DNA from: Candidatus Latescibacterota bacterium
Lineage (GTDB): Bacteria > Latescibacterota > UBA2968 > UBA8231
Direction of reading: 5' to 3'
NCBI GenBank assembly: GCA_965248355.1
Contig: OZ252098.1
Coordinates: 1,952,001-2,016,000, forward strand
DNA: 64,000 nt
The notes beneath the pieces are model-generated. The model saw only the letters and a program-made list of their open reading frames with translations, was not told where the DNA came from and made no database searches. The position numbers and the translations under genes were made by a program. This document shows, one piece after another, positions 28,308-38,537 of the stretch (position 1 is its first letter; every line of letters starts with the position of its first letter).

Positions 28308-29543
28308 ATGAGCTTCTCCAGCGGCTTCTCCCTGAACGCGGTCGCCACCGGAGCGGCCTTCGCCCTCGGTTGGGCCAACCAGTGGCTGCTGGCCAACCAC
28401 CTGGACAAGGACACATACGGGCAGCTGGGCCTGTGGACCACCACCGTAGTCATCGCCGCCATGCTGTCTGGAGAGTGGTTGCGCCGCGGCAGCACCATTG
28501 TGGTGGGGAGGGAGGGGGCAGGAGCCGCGGCCCGGGACAATGCCCTGCTCTGCTGCCTGGTGATCCTGGCGGGTGGGATGGGGCTGGCCTATGCAGGTGC
28601 GGGGATCATGGCCGGGTTTCTCGGACCCGAGGCCCAGACCTTCTGGCCCCTTCTGGCGGCGCTGCCCGCCTTCGTGGTGCTGCAGCGCACCGGGCAGGCG
28701 GTGCTGCTGGGATTGGACCGCATCCGGCCCTACGCGGCCATCCCCGTGCTGTTCATCGCCGTCTACCTGGGAGGCAACGCAGTCCTCCTGCTGGCGGGCC
28801 TCCTGCGCCTGGAGCCGATCCTCGTACTCTTCGCGGGGGCTGCGGGACTTGCCGGTCTGGTGGCCTTTGCGATGCTGGGACGTGGGGCCTTCATCTGGGG
28901 CGACCGGAGGATCCTGCGCCGCACCCTTGCCGTCGGCTGGCGCGGCGCGGCTTCGACGGTGTTGATCTATCTGCTGCTGAAGAGCGACTGGTTCCTCATC
29001 GATCACTACCTCGGCAAGGCAGCCGTGGGCAGCTACAGGGTAGCCTCTCTCTTTGCCGAGATGATGCAGCGTGTGCCCGACCTGGCGAGCGCCGTGCTCC
29101 TGGCCAAGGTGGTGCGAGACCAGGATGAGAACCGGTTGAGCCTGCGGGTGGCCCGGAGAATATTGCTCTTTTCGCTGGCGGCAGCCCTGGTCTTGCTGAT
29201 GGCGGGCAAGACCCTGATCGGCTTCCTGTTCCCCTCTTACCCCGAAGCCTTCCTGCCCCTGGCGTGGATGCTGCCGGGCCTGGTCTTCCTCGGCCTGGGG
29301 TCGGTGTGCAACACCAAGCTGGCCGGCCAGGGATATCCGGCCATCACGCTGTGGGCGGCGGCCGCGGCCTTCGCCCTCAACCTGGGACTGAACCTCTATC
29401 TCATACCCTCGCTGGGCCTGCAGGGCGCGGCCCTCTCTACCTCCATTGCCTACGCCGCCTGGGCGCTTCTCGTGGGGACGCGCTACCTGCGCACGGAGGG
29501 CCTGGGTTGGGGCGACCTGTTCCTGGCACGGCGCATCGGATGA
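28308..29543 (+). CDS. wzx: Polysaccharide flippase (Wzx/MOP family)
   Basis: Many TM helices; YGQLG in the first loop, D...I..YLGKAAVGSYRVA, LNLYLIPSLGLQGAALSTSIAY. Confidence 0.8.
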   Translation: MSFSSGFSLNAVATGAAFALGWANQWLLANHLDKDTYGQLGLWTTTVVIAAMLSGEWLRRGSTIVVGREGAGAAARDNALLCCLVILAGGMGLAYAGAGIMAGFLGPEAQTFWPLLAALPAFVVLQRTGQAVLLGLDRIRPYAAIPVLFIAVYLGGNAVLLLAGLLRLEPILVLFAGAAGLAGLVAFAMLGRGAFIWGDRRILRRTLAVGWRGAASTVLIYLLLKSDWFLIDHYLGKAAVGSYRVASLFAEMMQRVPDLASAVLLAKVVRDQDENRLSLRVARRILLFSLAAALVLLMAGKTLIGFLFPSYPEAFLPLAWMLPGLVFLGLGSVCNTKLAGQGYPAITLWAAAAAFALNLGLNLYLIPSLGLQGAALSTSIAYAAWALLVGTRYLRTEGLGWGDLFLARRIG

Positions 29544-30955
29544 GAGACCACACCCTCGGCCGGCGGCACATCGCCGCCTTCCTGCTGGTGCAGGCGGTGG
29601 TCCTGGCATGCTGCCTCTTCCTGCCCCGGGAAGTCCTGCTCTGGAGCCTGGGAATCGCGGCCGTCCTCGCGGCCATTTTCCTGCTGCCCCTGTACCCCTG
29701 GATCGTGATTCCCGCCGTCATCGGCACCACGGCGCTGGACTCGGCGGGGCGCCTGGTTCAGACAACCGCCCTCGGGATCCCGGTCACCGGTTTCCACCTG
29801 GCCTTTGTCCTGCTCTGCGCCGCCTTCGCCACCCACGCCTTTCTGAAGAAGAGGCGCTCCTTTCCCGCTCTGGAAATCCAGGCCCCCCTCCTCGTGTTCC
29901 TGGGATGCATGGCCCTGTCTCTCACCTATTCGCCAAATCAGCCGGAAGCCACGATCAGCTTCTTCCGGATCCTCTTTCTGGCCCTCTTCCTCTACCTGAT
30001 GCGGGCCCTCGTCACTTCGACGCGCATTCTCAACGTGACGATCGTCTCGGTGGCGCTGGTCCTGGCGGGAGCTTCGCTCCTGGCGGTGTTCCAGATCATC
30101 TCGGCCGAGTTCTACCTCCCGGCCAGCGTGGTCTCGAGCGTGGGGGCCAATGTGCCGCGCGCCTCCGGGACCTACCACAACCCGAACATCTTCGGCACCT
30201 TTCTGGCGGTGGATATCGTCCTCCTGGCCGGGATCGTCCTGGTGCCGGGTCTGAGCTGGTGGAAGCGGGGCTTTCTGCTGCTTGCCATCGGCCTCGGGGC
30301 CGCAGCCCTGATCATCACCTTCAGCCGCGCCAACTGGATCGCCCTGGCCATCGGGATTGTGGCCCTCCTGTACCTGGCGGGCAAACTCCGGTACCTGTTC
30401 TACGTCACCTTCGCCTTCATCGTTGCCATCCTGCTGATCATGAACTTCGTGCCCTTTGCGGCCCACATCTACGAGCGCTTCCTGTCCATCTTCTCCATCT
30501 TCCTCGAGTTCGGCACCGACAGCAGGGCTTCGGGCTCGGCCCGGGTATACTTCGTGATCGCCGGCTTCAAGATGTTCCTGGACAACCCGTTGCTTGGAGC
30601 GGGGTGGCGCGCTTTCCCCGTCATCTTCAAGGACTACAAGCCGGTGGACTTTCCCCATTGGCTGCCGACCCATGAGTCGCACACTCTCTTCGCGACGATC
30701 CTGGCCGAACTCGGACTCGTGGGACTCACGGCGGCCGCCTGGATAGCCTGGCGGATCCTGGCCTTCGGGATGCGCCACTTGCGGCTCATGGGGGACCCGT
30801 ATCTGCGCGGCGTGATGATCGCTTTCGTGGCGGTCTTCATTACCTTCCAGGTCAGCCTCACCTTCACGGGGGAGTTCGCCAACAACTTCCTGTGGATGTT
30901 CACGGGAATCATGTTGGCCGTGCCGGCCCTGGAACAAGGCGGGAAGCCGAGTTGA
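29540..30955 (+). CDS. O-antigen ligase/Wzy polymerase family protein
   Basis: ATGA overlap; RASGTYHNPN, TFSRANW, FLDNPLLGAG, HESH...LAELGLVG. Confidence 0.82.
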   Translation: MRDHTLGRRHIAAFLLVQAVVLACCLFLPREVLLWSLGIAAVLAAIFLLPLYPWIVIPAVIGTTALDSAGRLVQTTALGIPVTGFHLAFVLLCAAFATHAFLKKRRSFPALEIQAPLLVFLGCMALSLTYSPNQPEATISFFRILFLALFLYLMRALVTSTRILNVTIVSVALVLAGASLLAVFQIISAEFYLPASVVSSVGANVPRASGTYHNPNIFGTFLAVDIVLLAGIVLVPGLSWWKRGFLLLAIGLGAAALIITFSRANWIALAIGIVALLYLAGKLRYLFYVTFAFIVAILLIMNFVPFAAHIYERFLSIFSIFLEFGTDSRASGSARVYFVIAGFKMFLDNPLLGAGWRAFPVIFKDYKPVDFPHWLPTHESHTLFATILAELGLVGLTAAAWIAWRILAFGMRHLRLMGDPYLRGVMIAFVAVFITFQVSLTFTGEFANNFLWMFTGIMLAVPALEQGGKPS

Positions 30956-32121
30956 ACGTCCTGGTGCTGTCGCACCTCTATCCCAATCCCATCTCCAGGG
31001 TCTATGGGAGCTTCGTCCACAACCAGTTGCGCTTCCTCAGAAGCCATTGCCAGATCGAGGTAGTGGCGCCGGTGCCCTGGTTCCCCCTGCCGGGATTCGG
31101 CTCCTGGAGCCGGTACCGCCATGTTCCCCGCAGCGAGGTGCTGGATGGCATCCAGGTTCGGCACCCCCGCCGTCTGGCCCTGCCGCGCCGCCTCCTCTTC
31201 ACGAGATTGTGGCGCTTTCACCTGAAGGCCCTGGTCGACTCGGTCGAGCAGGTGCCCGATCTCATTCACGCCCACTGCGCCTACCCGGACGGCCGGGCGG
31301 CGGGGGAGTACGGAGCACGGACCGGCCGGCCCGTGGTCATCACCGTCCACGGTTCCGACATCAAGATCCTTCCCCGCCTCAATCCCCGGTGGCGCCAGTT
31401 GACCGTCGAAGCCCTGACACGGGCGGCCGCGGTCATCGCCGTGAGCCGGGACCTGCGCAATGAGACTCTGCAGCTCGGCGTCCGTCCCGACCAGGTCCGC
31501 TGCATTCCCAATGGCGTCGACTGCCGGCTCTTCTCGGGCGGTGGCTCGCGGCGCCCCGGGGAAGGCGGGTGGCGGCTTCTCTACGTGGGCCGATTCGTCA
31601 AGGAAAAGGGACTGAGGGTACTTCTGGAGGCGCTGGCCAAGGTGCGTCTCCACCGTTCGGATGTCTCCCTCGTCCTCATCGGAGGAAACGCCGCCACCGG
31701 AACAGCCGGCCCCTTCCTCCCTCAGGTGCGGGAACTGGGGTTGTCCGATTGCGTCGCCTTCGAGGACGCCGTGCCCTGGGAGGATCTGCCGGGCCGCATG
31801 GCCGCCGCCGATCTCTTTGTCCTGCCGAGTTTCAGCGAAGGTCTCACCACCTCCCTGGTGGAAGCCATGGCCTGCGGCCTGCCCGTGGTCGTCACCCGCT
31901 GCGGAGGCCCCGAGGAGATGGTGGACGATTCCGTGGGCCGCCTGGTCGCGGTCGGGGACGCCGAGGATCTCGCCGCGGGCATCTTGGCGGTGATCGACGG
32001 GTACGAGAGCTACGACAGATCCGAGATTCGCAGGCAGGCCGAGGAGCGCTACGACTACCGCAGGGTGGCCGGCGAGCTGCATGCCCTCTACAAGGAGGTA
32101 CTCGCCCGCCATGAGGCTTGA
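30952..32121 (+). CDS. GT4 glycosyltransferase (TuaC-like)
   Basis: TTGA overlap; VLSHLYPN...GSFV, TVHGSD, IPNGVD, YVGRFVKEKG, FVLPSFSEG...EAMACGLPVV. Confidence 0.88.
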   Translation: MNVLVLSHLYPNPISRVYGSFVHNQLRFLRSHCQIEVVAPVPWFPLPGFGSWSRYRHVPRSEVLDGIQVRHPRRLALPRRLLFTRLWRFHLKALVDSVEQVPDLIHAHCAYPDGRAAGEYGARTGRPVVITVHGSDIKILPRLNPRWRQLTVEALTRAAAVIAVSRDLRNETLQLGVRPDQVRCIPNGVDCRLFSGGGSRRPGEGGWRLLYVGRFVKEKGLRVLLEALAKVRLHRSDVSLVLIGGNAATGTAGPFLPQVRELGLSDCVAFEDAVPWEDLPGRMAAADLFVLPSFSEGLTTSLVEAMACGLPVVVTRCGGPEEMVDDSVGRLVAVGDAEDLAAGILAVIDGYESYDRSEIRRQAEERYDYRRVAGELHALYKEVLARHEA

Positions 32122-32282
32122 GCCGGGTCTACGCCTGCCTCGAACGGATGACCGCTATCGGCCCGAGTCGGGCGGAGTATCCGATATGAAGAGTGCGTCG
32201 GATCGACTCCCGGCATGTTCGCGCTGCCAGGTCGCAACGACGGATCCCGGAGGGGCGCCCGGCCCGGTGATCGGTCCGTCCG

Positions 32283-33032
32283 TCAGCCGGGCGGCCTCTC
32301 CAGTTGCACCACCACCAGCCAGGCTTGGCGCTGGACGAGGGGGAGGCGCAAGAGGATCCCGTCGAGCCACTGCAGGACAGCGAGCAGCCCCCTGAACCCC
32401 GGTACTCTCCGAAAGGGGACGGCCATCAGCGTGCAGAGAGCGTAGTAGCGAATGCGCGCTTCCTGGAAGTACCCGGCCAGCGTTCTCAGGTCGCGCGCCA
32501 GGAGAGGGTGCTCGTCCTCGGAGCGCATCCTGGGCGTGAGCTTGCGGTAGAGATTGATCAGCAGGTTGTGCCCCATGGGCTCGAAGAACACGGCTCGGCC
32601 TTCCGGCTTGAGTACACGGACCAGCTCCCGGCAGGCGGCATGCAGATCGAGGTGATGGAGGATGCCGCTTCCGCAGACGAGATCGAAGCGGTCATCGGGG
32701 AAGGCCAGCGCCTCGGCGTTCATGACATGAAAGGAGAGCCGGTCTTCCAGCCCCCCTTCGCACGCCCGGGTGACGGCCTGCCGAATGCCCTTCCGGGAAA
32801 GGTCGATACCGACGACTTCGGCTCCGAGGCGGGCCAGGGCAAAGGCGTGACTGCCCCTGCCGCACCCGTATTCGAGAACCCTCCGGCCGGCGCAGTCCCG
32901 GTCGATCAGGCCGTGGTAGTGGCCTTTGGCGGCCGAGGCGACCTCGTAGAACTTGCCGGCGGGGGCCCGGATGTTGTCGGCGAAGGCCTGGTCGTGAAAC
33001 CGCGCCTCTCTCCGCAAGCGGGCGTCGCTCAT
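32283..33032 (-). CDS. Class I SAM-dependent methyltransferase
   Basis: VLEYGCGRG, GIDLS, MNAEALAFPDDRFDLV, ILHHL, RVLKPEG; start overlaps the GT stop (ATGA). Confidence 0.85.
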   Translation of the reverse strand: MSDARLRREARFHDQAFADNIRAPAGKFYEVASAAKGHYHGLIDRDCAGRRVLEYGCGRGSHAFALARLGAEVVGIDLSRKGIRQAVTRACEGGLEDRLSFHVMNAEALAFPDDRFDLVCGSGILHHLDLHAACRELVRVLKPEGRAVFFEPMGHNLLINLYRKLTPRMRSEDEHPLLARDLRTLAGYFQEARIRYYALCTLMAVPFRRVPGFRGLLAVLQWLDGILLRLPLVQRQAWLVVVQLERPPG

Positions 33033-34144
33033 GGGCTGCCGGAACTTAGGATGGTGTCGTAGAGACGCAGCAGCTTCTCCGCCTGGGTGTCCCAGTTGTA
33101 CGTGGTCAGCGCCGCGTCCCTCCCCCTTTCCCCCATGAGCCGCGCCGCCTCCGGATTCTCCCACAGGTAGCGCACCGCCTCCACGGCCTCCTCCTCCTTT
33201 TCCGGATCGACGCAGATCCCGCATTCGGCCCCTTCGACGATCCGGCGCAGGTTGGGAAAGTCGGCGCAGACCACGGGAAGGCCGAAGGCCATGTACTCGA
33301 AGATCTTGGTCAGCTCCTTGCGCCGGGTGTGCCGGCTGGGGGGAAAGAGGGCGAGGCCCGCGGTCCAGCTTTCTCGCAGGTAGTACGAGACGATGCGCTC
33401 GTGGGGCACGTGGCCCCCCACGCCTTCGAGGTGGAGGCGCGCCCCGTCGGTGCCAGCCTGCAGGTCAGCCGCCAGGCGCGGGTCGCACCGGCCCACGAGG
33501 AAGAGCTCGGCGTCGGGCAGGTGCTCCAGGAGCCGGGCGTGTCGGTGCGCCCCTCGGTAGGTCGTGACGTTGCCGGTATAGATGAGCCGCGGACTCCCGG
33601 CACGGGACCGGGAAGCGAGTTGGTCTTCGTCCAGGGTGGGGAACCGGACGTAGTTCAGAATCGCTTCGCCGCGGGGGAAGCGCTCGGCGTAGTATCGCTC
33701 CGCCAGGACGAGGTGGAAGTGCCGGCTGGCGCCCTCTTCGACCCAGGCAAGGGCCCCGGCGATCAAGGCGCGTATCCAGGAGGGCAGGTACTCCCGTTCC
33801 TGGAGGGCCGTGTGGTTGTCCTCGTGGATGTCATAGATCACGGGCTTTCCCAGCAGCCGCAACAGCAGGCCGGCGGGGATGAGCTCCGGGTCGTGGAAGT
33901 GATAGAGCTCGGCGGGCGTCGCCAGGGCCTTGAGAAAGGCGCGGCCGACTCCAAGGCTCATGCGCCTGAGCCTGTGGCCGCACCGCGGCAGGCCGCCGAC
34001 GCGGATGCCCTCGATCACCGCACCCTCCCCCGGGGCCAGGAGCACCACTTCGTGGCCGGCAGCGGCCAGGCTCATGCACTCCCGATGAAAGACGCGGTTG
34101 TCGAAAGGGTCGTGGACCGTCGTGAGGTGGACGATTCTGGACAC
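33029..34144 (-). CDS. GT4 glycosyltransferase
   Basis: HLTTVHDPFDNRVFHRE, YHFHDPEL, IYDIHE, KIFEYMAFGLPVV. Confidence 0.88.
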   Translation of the reverse strand: MSRIVHLTTVHDPFDNRVFHRECMSLAAAGHEVVLLAPGEGAVIEGIRVGGLPRCGHRLRRMSLGVGRAFLKALATPAELYHFHDPELIPAGLLLRLLGKPVIYDIHEDNHTALQEREYLPSWIRALIAGALAWVEEGASRHFHLVLAERYYAERFPRGEAILNYVRFPTLDEDQLASRSRAGSPRLIYTGNVTTYRGAHRHARLLEHLPDAELFLVGRCDPRLAADLQAGTDGARLHLEGVGGHVPHERIVSYYLRESWTAGLALFPPSRHTRRKELTKIFEYMAFGLPVVCADFPNLRRIVEGAECGICVDPEKEEEAVEAVRYLWENPEAARLMGERGRDAALTTYNWDTQAEKLLRLYDTILSSGSP

Positions 34145-34289
34145 CCTGTCTCACTACCCTGGGCCCCGAAGGGGTCGGAATGGAGCCGCAGCCAGCCCCC
34201 GGGGCGTTCCGAGACCCCGGGCCTGCGTCCCCCCGCGCTCCGGCAGGGAACCCTCTACCGGCGCACTCTCATGTGGAATCGCCTGACTC

Positions 34290-35468
34290 TCACGTGCTCT
34301 CCCTGCGCTCTTCGAGCCAGCGACGGTGAAGGTCACGCACGTAACCCACTCCCAAGGCATAGAAAACGAAGGCAAAGAGACTCAGCACGCCCGTCACCAG
34401 GACGATCACCATCCGCTGCGGCCTGGCCTTGATCTCGGGGGGCAGCGCCGGATCGAGGATCTGCACCGTGGACGTCGTGTTCTTGGCCTCGATGAGCGCC
34501 TCGGCCTCCTGCTGCAGCAGGAGCTGCAGCAGGGCCTTTTGCACCAGCACGTCCTTTTCCAGGGTCGCGAACTGCTGGGCCACTCCCGGGATCTGCTTCA
34601 GGGGCAGAAAGAGGTTCTCGTCCAGCTCCAACTGCAGGGTCTTCTTGGGCAGGTCGCCTCCTGCATCGAGCCCGTCCCGCAGGAACGCCATGGCCTCCTG
34701 ACGCAACAGGATCTCCTGCTGCAGCTTCTTCACTTTGCCGTGACTGGCGTCCAGCCCCGAGAGAATAAACCCCTGACGGCGGATCGCCAGCTCCATGGCC
34801 TCGGTCTGCATCCAGGCGGCGACCCGGATCACCGCCCGGGCCTGGTCCTGGATGGAGATGGCGTTGTACTCGGACTGGAACTCCTCCAGCTTCTCCATCT
34901 TTTCTAGGAGCTTGTTGTCCTCCTCCTTCAGAAGCCTGCGGATGAAGTCGAGGCGCTCGGAGGCGGTCTTCTGGGAGATCTGCTTGTTGGTGAGGTCCAG
35001 CAACTCGATGTAGAAAGTGGCCATGTCGGCGGCCCTCTGCGGATCCCGGTCGAGAACCGCAATGGCGATCGTGCCTTCTTCGGTCTTGTCCACAATCGTC
35101 TTGACCGCCAGGACCTCGATGGCATCGGTCATCGTCTCGACTTCGTAGAGCTGCAGCAGATCGAATCTCTCCACCATCTGCCGCCGTGTCCTCTGGCTCT
35201 TGAGGGTGGCGATGAAGATGTCGGCCGGCGTCCCCTTCTCGCCCAGGCGCAGGGTCGGGATCGGCAGGGCCGAGAGCAGATCGGAAAAACCGAACCCCTG
35301 CTTCTGCTCCTTGGGCGGCAGGATCTGCGCCCTCGCCTCGTACTCCTCCGGCACCAGAAAACTGAGGGCCCCGGCCAGCACGCACAGGGCCAGGGTGCCG
35401 CCAAGGATCAGGCCCCGGCCCGCGTACAGAGCGGCCAGGAGGTCGAGGAAATCCCTTTCTCTTTCCAT
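34290..35468 (-). CDS. Polysaccharide co-polymerase/chain-length determinant (Wzz/GumC-like)
   Basis: N- and C-terminal TM helices, coiled-coil periplasmic region, VQILDPALPPEIKARP; no kinase domain. Confidence 0.8.
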   Translation of the reverse strand: MERERDFLDLLAALYAGRGLILGGTLALCVLAGALSFLVPEEYEARAQILPPKEQKQGFGFSDLLSALPIPTLRLGEKGTPADIFIATLKSQRTRRQMVERFDLLQLYEVETMTDAIEVLAVKTIVDKTEEGTIAIAVLDRDPQRAADMATFYIELLDLTNKQISQKTASERLDFIRRLLKEEDNKLLEKMEKLEEFQSEYNAISIQDQARAVIRVAAWMQTEAMELAIRRQGFILSGLDASHGKVKKLQQEILLRQEAMAFLRDGLDAGGDLPKKTLQLELDENLFLPLKQIPGVAQQFATLEKDVLVQKALLQLLLQQEAEALIEAKNTTSTVQILDPALPPEIKARPQRMVIVLVTGVLSLFAFVFYALGVGYVRDLHRRWLEERREST

Positions 35469-35489
35469 CTTGGGAGTGCTCCTTGAGGG

Positions 35490-37262
35490 TTACTGGAGGG
35501 ATCGTACCAGGACCACGAGGGTCAGGGCCTCGGCGACGGTTCGCATCGTCCCCTGTGTGAATTCCCAGATATTGACTCGCTCCTTCTGCGGCACCCAGAT
35601 CTCGTCGCCGGCCTCGGCCACCAGATCGTTGTCCAGCTCCTCGCGGAGCCCGCTGCGCGCCCGGATGAGTCGGGCCCCTCCCCGGTTCGCGTCGTACGAG
35701 TATCCACCTGCCTTCTCCAGGTAGTAGCGGATGTCGCGCCCCTCCTCGTAGTCGATCAGGCCGGGCTTCCTCACCTGGCCACTGACGCTGATCGTGCGCC
35801 GCAGGGGTGGGATGTAGATGACGTCGCCGCTCTCGAGCGGGATGTTCTGCTCCTCGTCATTCTCCCTGAAGAGCCTCTCGAAATCGACGGCCACCCGAGC
35901 CTTCTCCTCGCGGCCCTTGGTCTTGAGATAGGCCCGGTCCTCGCCGCTCATGTCGGCCAGCCCCGTGACCCTGGACAGGCTCCGCAGCCGCTCCAGCTCC
36001 GGGTCGATCAGGCCGCGCAGCCGGGTGCGGATCACCTTGGCGCCGACCAGGGAGGCCTGCCCGGTCAGGCCGCCGGCCAGGGCCACCAGGTCCCTGACCC
36101 GGGTGACCCCCGGGACGATGCGGTAGCGGCCCCGGTACTTGACCTGACCATAGACCATCGCGGTGGGCATGTGCTGCCATTGCGCACGGGCGCGGATGAA
36201 GACCATGTCGTTGGGTTGCAGCGCGAAGTGGCGAATGTCCTCGTAGGAGAAACCCTTCTCCCCGGCCTGGTTGCTGCCCAACTCGATGATCTCCGCCTCC
36301 TCGGTCCCCTCCTTGAAGCGCGATAGCTCGACCCTGACCAGCGGCGCGGCGCGGCGCAGCCCCTTGGCCAGATTCACAAGGTCCTCGATGGTGTCCCCGG
36401 GCCGGTACTCCTTCTCGCCCTCCTGGTTGACCGCCCCGAAGACGAACATCCTCGTGTCCCGGTAGACCACGTTGACCACGTCCCCCATGCGCACGTAGGG
36501 GTTGAGGGCGATGTCCCCCGTGGAGTGGAACATGTCGAGATCGACGAAGTCGCCGGTGCCGTCCCGATGTATCAGCTGGATCGAACGCCGGGAGGTGGGC
36601 TGCTCGATGATCTGGCGCACACGGGTGACCTTCTTTCCGCCCACCTCGTCCTCAAAGGTCGTCCCCCGCAACTCGTCGGTGAAACCGCCGGCCCGCTGGA
36701 TCAGGTCCGAGACCCGGGTGGTGGGGTGGATGGTGTAGCTGCCCTCGTTCAGCACCGCGCCGGTGACATAGGCGGTGAAGAAGCGCATGCTCGCCAGGGT
36801 GAGGGTGATCTCCACCCCTGGGTACTTCTCCCCCGCCGCGCCGAGGATGCGTCTCTTCGCCTCGGCCAGGGACAGGCCCGAGACGTCGAAGGCGCCCACC
36901 GTGGGAATGAGGACGTTGCCCACCGGATCGACCTGCACCATGTAGGAGAGGTCGAACTCACCCCAGATATAGAGCTGCAGGACGTCGCCGGGACCGACGA
37001 TGTAGGTCTCCGGGTCGACCTCGCGGTCCTGGCTGATGCGCAGCTTCTCCACCTCCTCGCCGGTGGGCAGGCGGATCTTGCCGGAGACCAGGTCCTGCCC
37101 GAGCCCCGGCAGGTCGGCTCCGGGGATCTGCTGCAGTTCGGCTTCTTCCTCCGCGCCCTGCTCCACCAGCCTTTGCAGCTCTTCCTCGCCCTGAGGATGG
37201 GCAGGCCCCGCCAAGCCGTGAAGCATCAGAGCAAGAGCGAGGCCGAGAATCCTGGTCACCAT
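35490..37262 (-). CDS. Polysaccharide export protein with SLBB domains (Wza/KpsD-like)
   Basis: GGAGG RBS; signal peptide; YIVGPGDVL Poly_export motif; repeated SLBB units (VTGAV, VFGAV, VYGQV, VSGQVRKPG). Confidence 0.85.
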   Translation of the reverse strand: MVTRILGLALALMLHGLAGPAHPQGEEELQRLVEQGAEEEAELQQIPGADLPGLGQDLVSGKIRLPTGEEVEKLRISQDREVDPETYIVGPGDVLQLYIWGEFDLSYMVQVDPVGNVLIPTVGAFDVSGLSLAEAKRRILGAAGEKYPGVEITLTLASMRFFTAYVTGAVLNEGSYTIHPTTRVSDLIQRAGGFTDELRGTTFEDEVGGKKVTRVRQIIEQPTSRRSIQLIHRDGTGDFVDLDMFHSTGDIALNPYVRMGDVVNVVYRDTRMFVFGAVNQEGEKEYRPGDTIEDLVNLAKGLRRAAPLVRVELSRFKEGTEEAEIIELGSNQAGEKGFSYEDIRHFALQPNDMVFIRARAQWQHMPTAMVYGQVKYRGRYRIVPGVTRVRDLVALAGGLTGQASLVGAKVIRTRLRGLIDPELERLRSLSRVTGLADMSGEDRAYLKTKGREEKARVAVDFERLFRENDEEQNIPLESGDVIYIPPLRRTISVSGQVRKPGLIDYEEGRDIRYYLEKAGGYSYDANRGGARLIRARSGLREELDNDLVAEAGDEIWVPQKERVNIWEFTQGTMRTVAEALTLVVLVRSLQ

Positions 37263-37473
37263 GCTTCCTCCTATCGCCGATTGATCGGCTTGGTTTGTAT
37301 CGTCCGGGGGCAGGGTTCCGCGTACCGGTCGACCGCAACGGAGGGCGGAACACCTCCCCTCCACGGTCCCGCAGCTTCAGAGGAGTCGAGCCCCGGCACG
37401 GCTCCTGGCCGGCTGGCCGCAGCTCCGGTGGGCGATCCTCTCACGGGGTGGCAGGCGGAGCGCGACCTCCGGC

Positions 37474-38406
37474 TCAGGGCTCGTACGGCGCGCCCGTGCG
37501 GCGCAGGGACCTGGTCACCGCAAGCTGCACCGTGATGTAGGCGCCCGGTCGGGGACGGCCGCGGGCGCTCAGGTCCCCGGCCGAATAGCCGGGCCGGGCG
37601 TCGGCGATGGTGCCCACGATCAGGTTGGCCTGCTCCACCGTGCAGTCGTAGCGGTCGGCGATGAGCGCCACCATGTCGATCCAGGCCGCCTTCACCGCCT
37701 CCTGCCAGTTGCCCCCCTGGCCGCTGGTGAGCCACTCCTCCCCGTCCTCGACGGGTCGGCTCTTCTCCACCACCGGGGCGTGGCACGGAAACCCCGGCGA
37801 CCGGTCCACCTTCAGGGTCACCGCCGAGTCGATCTCCACCCCGGTGCCGGTGAGCTCGCCGTCGCCCATGCGGGCGTGCACGTCGGTGAGCAGGAAGAGG
37901 CCGCCTCTCTTCTGGGCGCGGATGTGCACGGTGCTTCCCGGCTGGACCGAGTTGTAGTCCAGGTTGCCGCCCGTGTCGATCTCGTACGGGGCCACCGACT
38001 CCAGGCGCACGTAGCCGATCATGGGACGCGCGGGCACGACGAAGTCGGGCGGGAAGTGCACGAGCCCGTCGCGCACCGGGGCCACGCAGCGCATGCTGCC
38101 CCACAGGGGTCCGCCGTTTCGGTAGAACCCGTACGGCCCGACCTCGATGTCGATGATCTCCAGGGAGAGCCAGTCCCCGGCCTCGATCCCCTCCACGTAG
38201 AAGGGACCGCCCTGCCGGGCGTCGCGCTTCTCGCGGACCTCGAAGACCGCCCCCGGCATGAGGCTGTCCTGGTTCGAGTAGTCCTGGTCGTGGCCGCCCA
38301 CCGTCTCGACGACCACCGTCTCTCCGAGCTGCAGCCGGCCGCGGACCTGGCCGCGCTCCGGGTCGTCGGGGCCGGTGTAGAAGGGTGTGCGCGTGAACCG
38401 TCTCAT
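37474..38406 (-). CDS. Acetamidase/formamidase family protein
   Basis: GPFYVEGIEAGDWL, RPMIG, GGNLD, DVHARMGDGELTGTGVE. Confidence 0.8.
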   Translation of the reverse strand: MRRFTRTPFYTGPDDPERGQVRGRLQLGETVVVETVGGHDQDYSNQDSLMPGAVFEVREKRDARQGGPFYVEGIEAGDWLSLEIIDIEVGPYGFYRNGGPLWGSMRCVAPVRDGLVHFPPDFVVPARPMIGYVRLESVAPYEIDTGGNLDYNSVQPGSTVHIRAQKRGGLFLLTDVHARMGDGELTGTGVEIDSAVTLKVDRSPGFPCHAPVVEKSRPVEDGEEWLTSGQGGNWQEAVKAAWIDMVALIADRYDCTVEQANLIVGTIADARPGYSAGDLSARGRPRPGAYITVQLAVTRSLRRTGAPYEP

Positions 38407-38500
38407 GGGGCTGTCCCTGGTTCAGTCTTCAGTCCCGGCTGAGCGGACGGGTGCGAGCGGCGACCGCTGAGGCCGCCGTCCACCCATGCGAAACTCCGCA

Positions 38501-38530
38501 GGGACGGCCGCCAGGGCAAGGCGCCGTCCC
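38501..38530 (-). terminator. GC-rich hairpin after the Ldh-family gene
   Basis: GGGACGGC/GCCGTCCC 8-bp stem 7 nt past the stop at 38538; no U-tract. Confidence 0.3.
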
Positions 38531-38537
38531 CGGAGCG

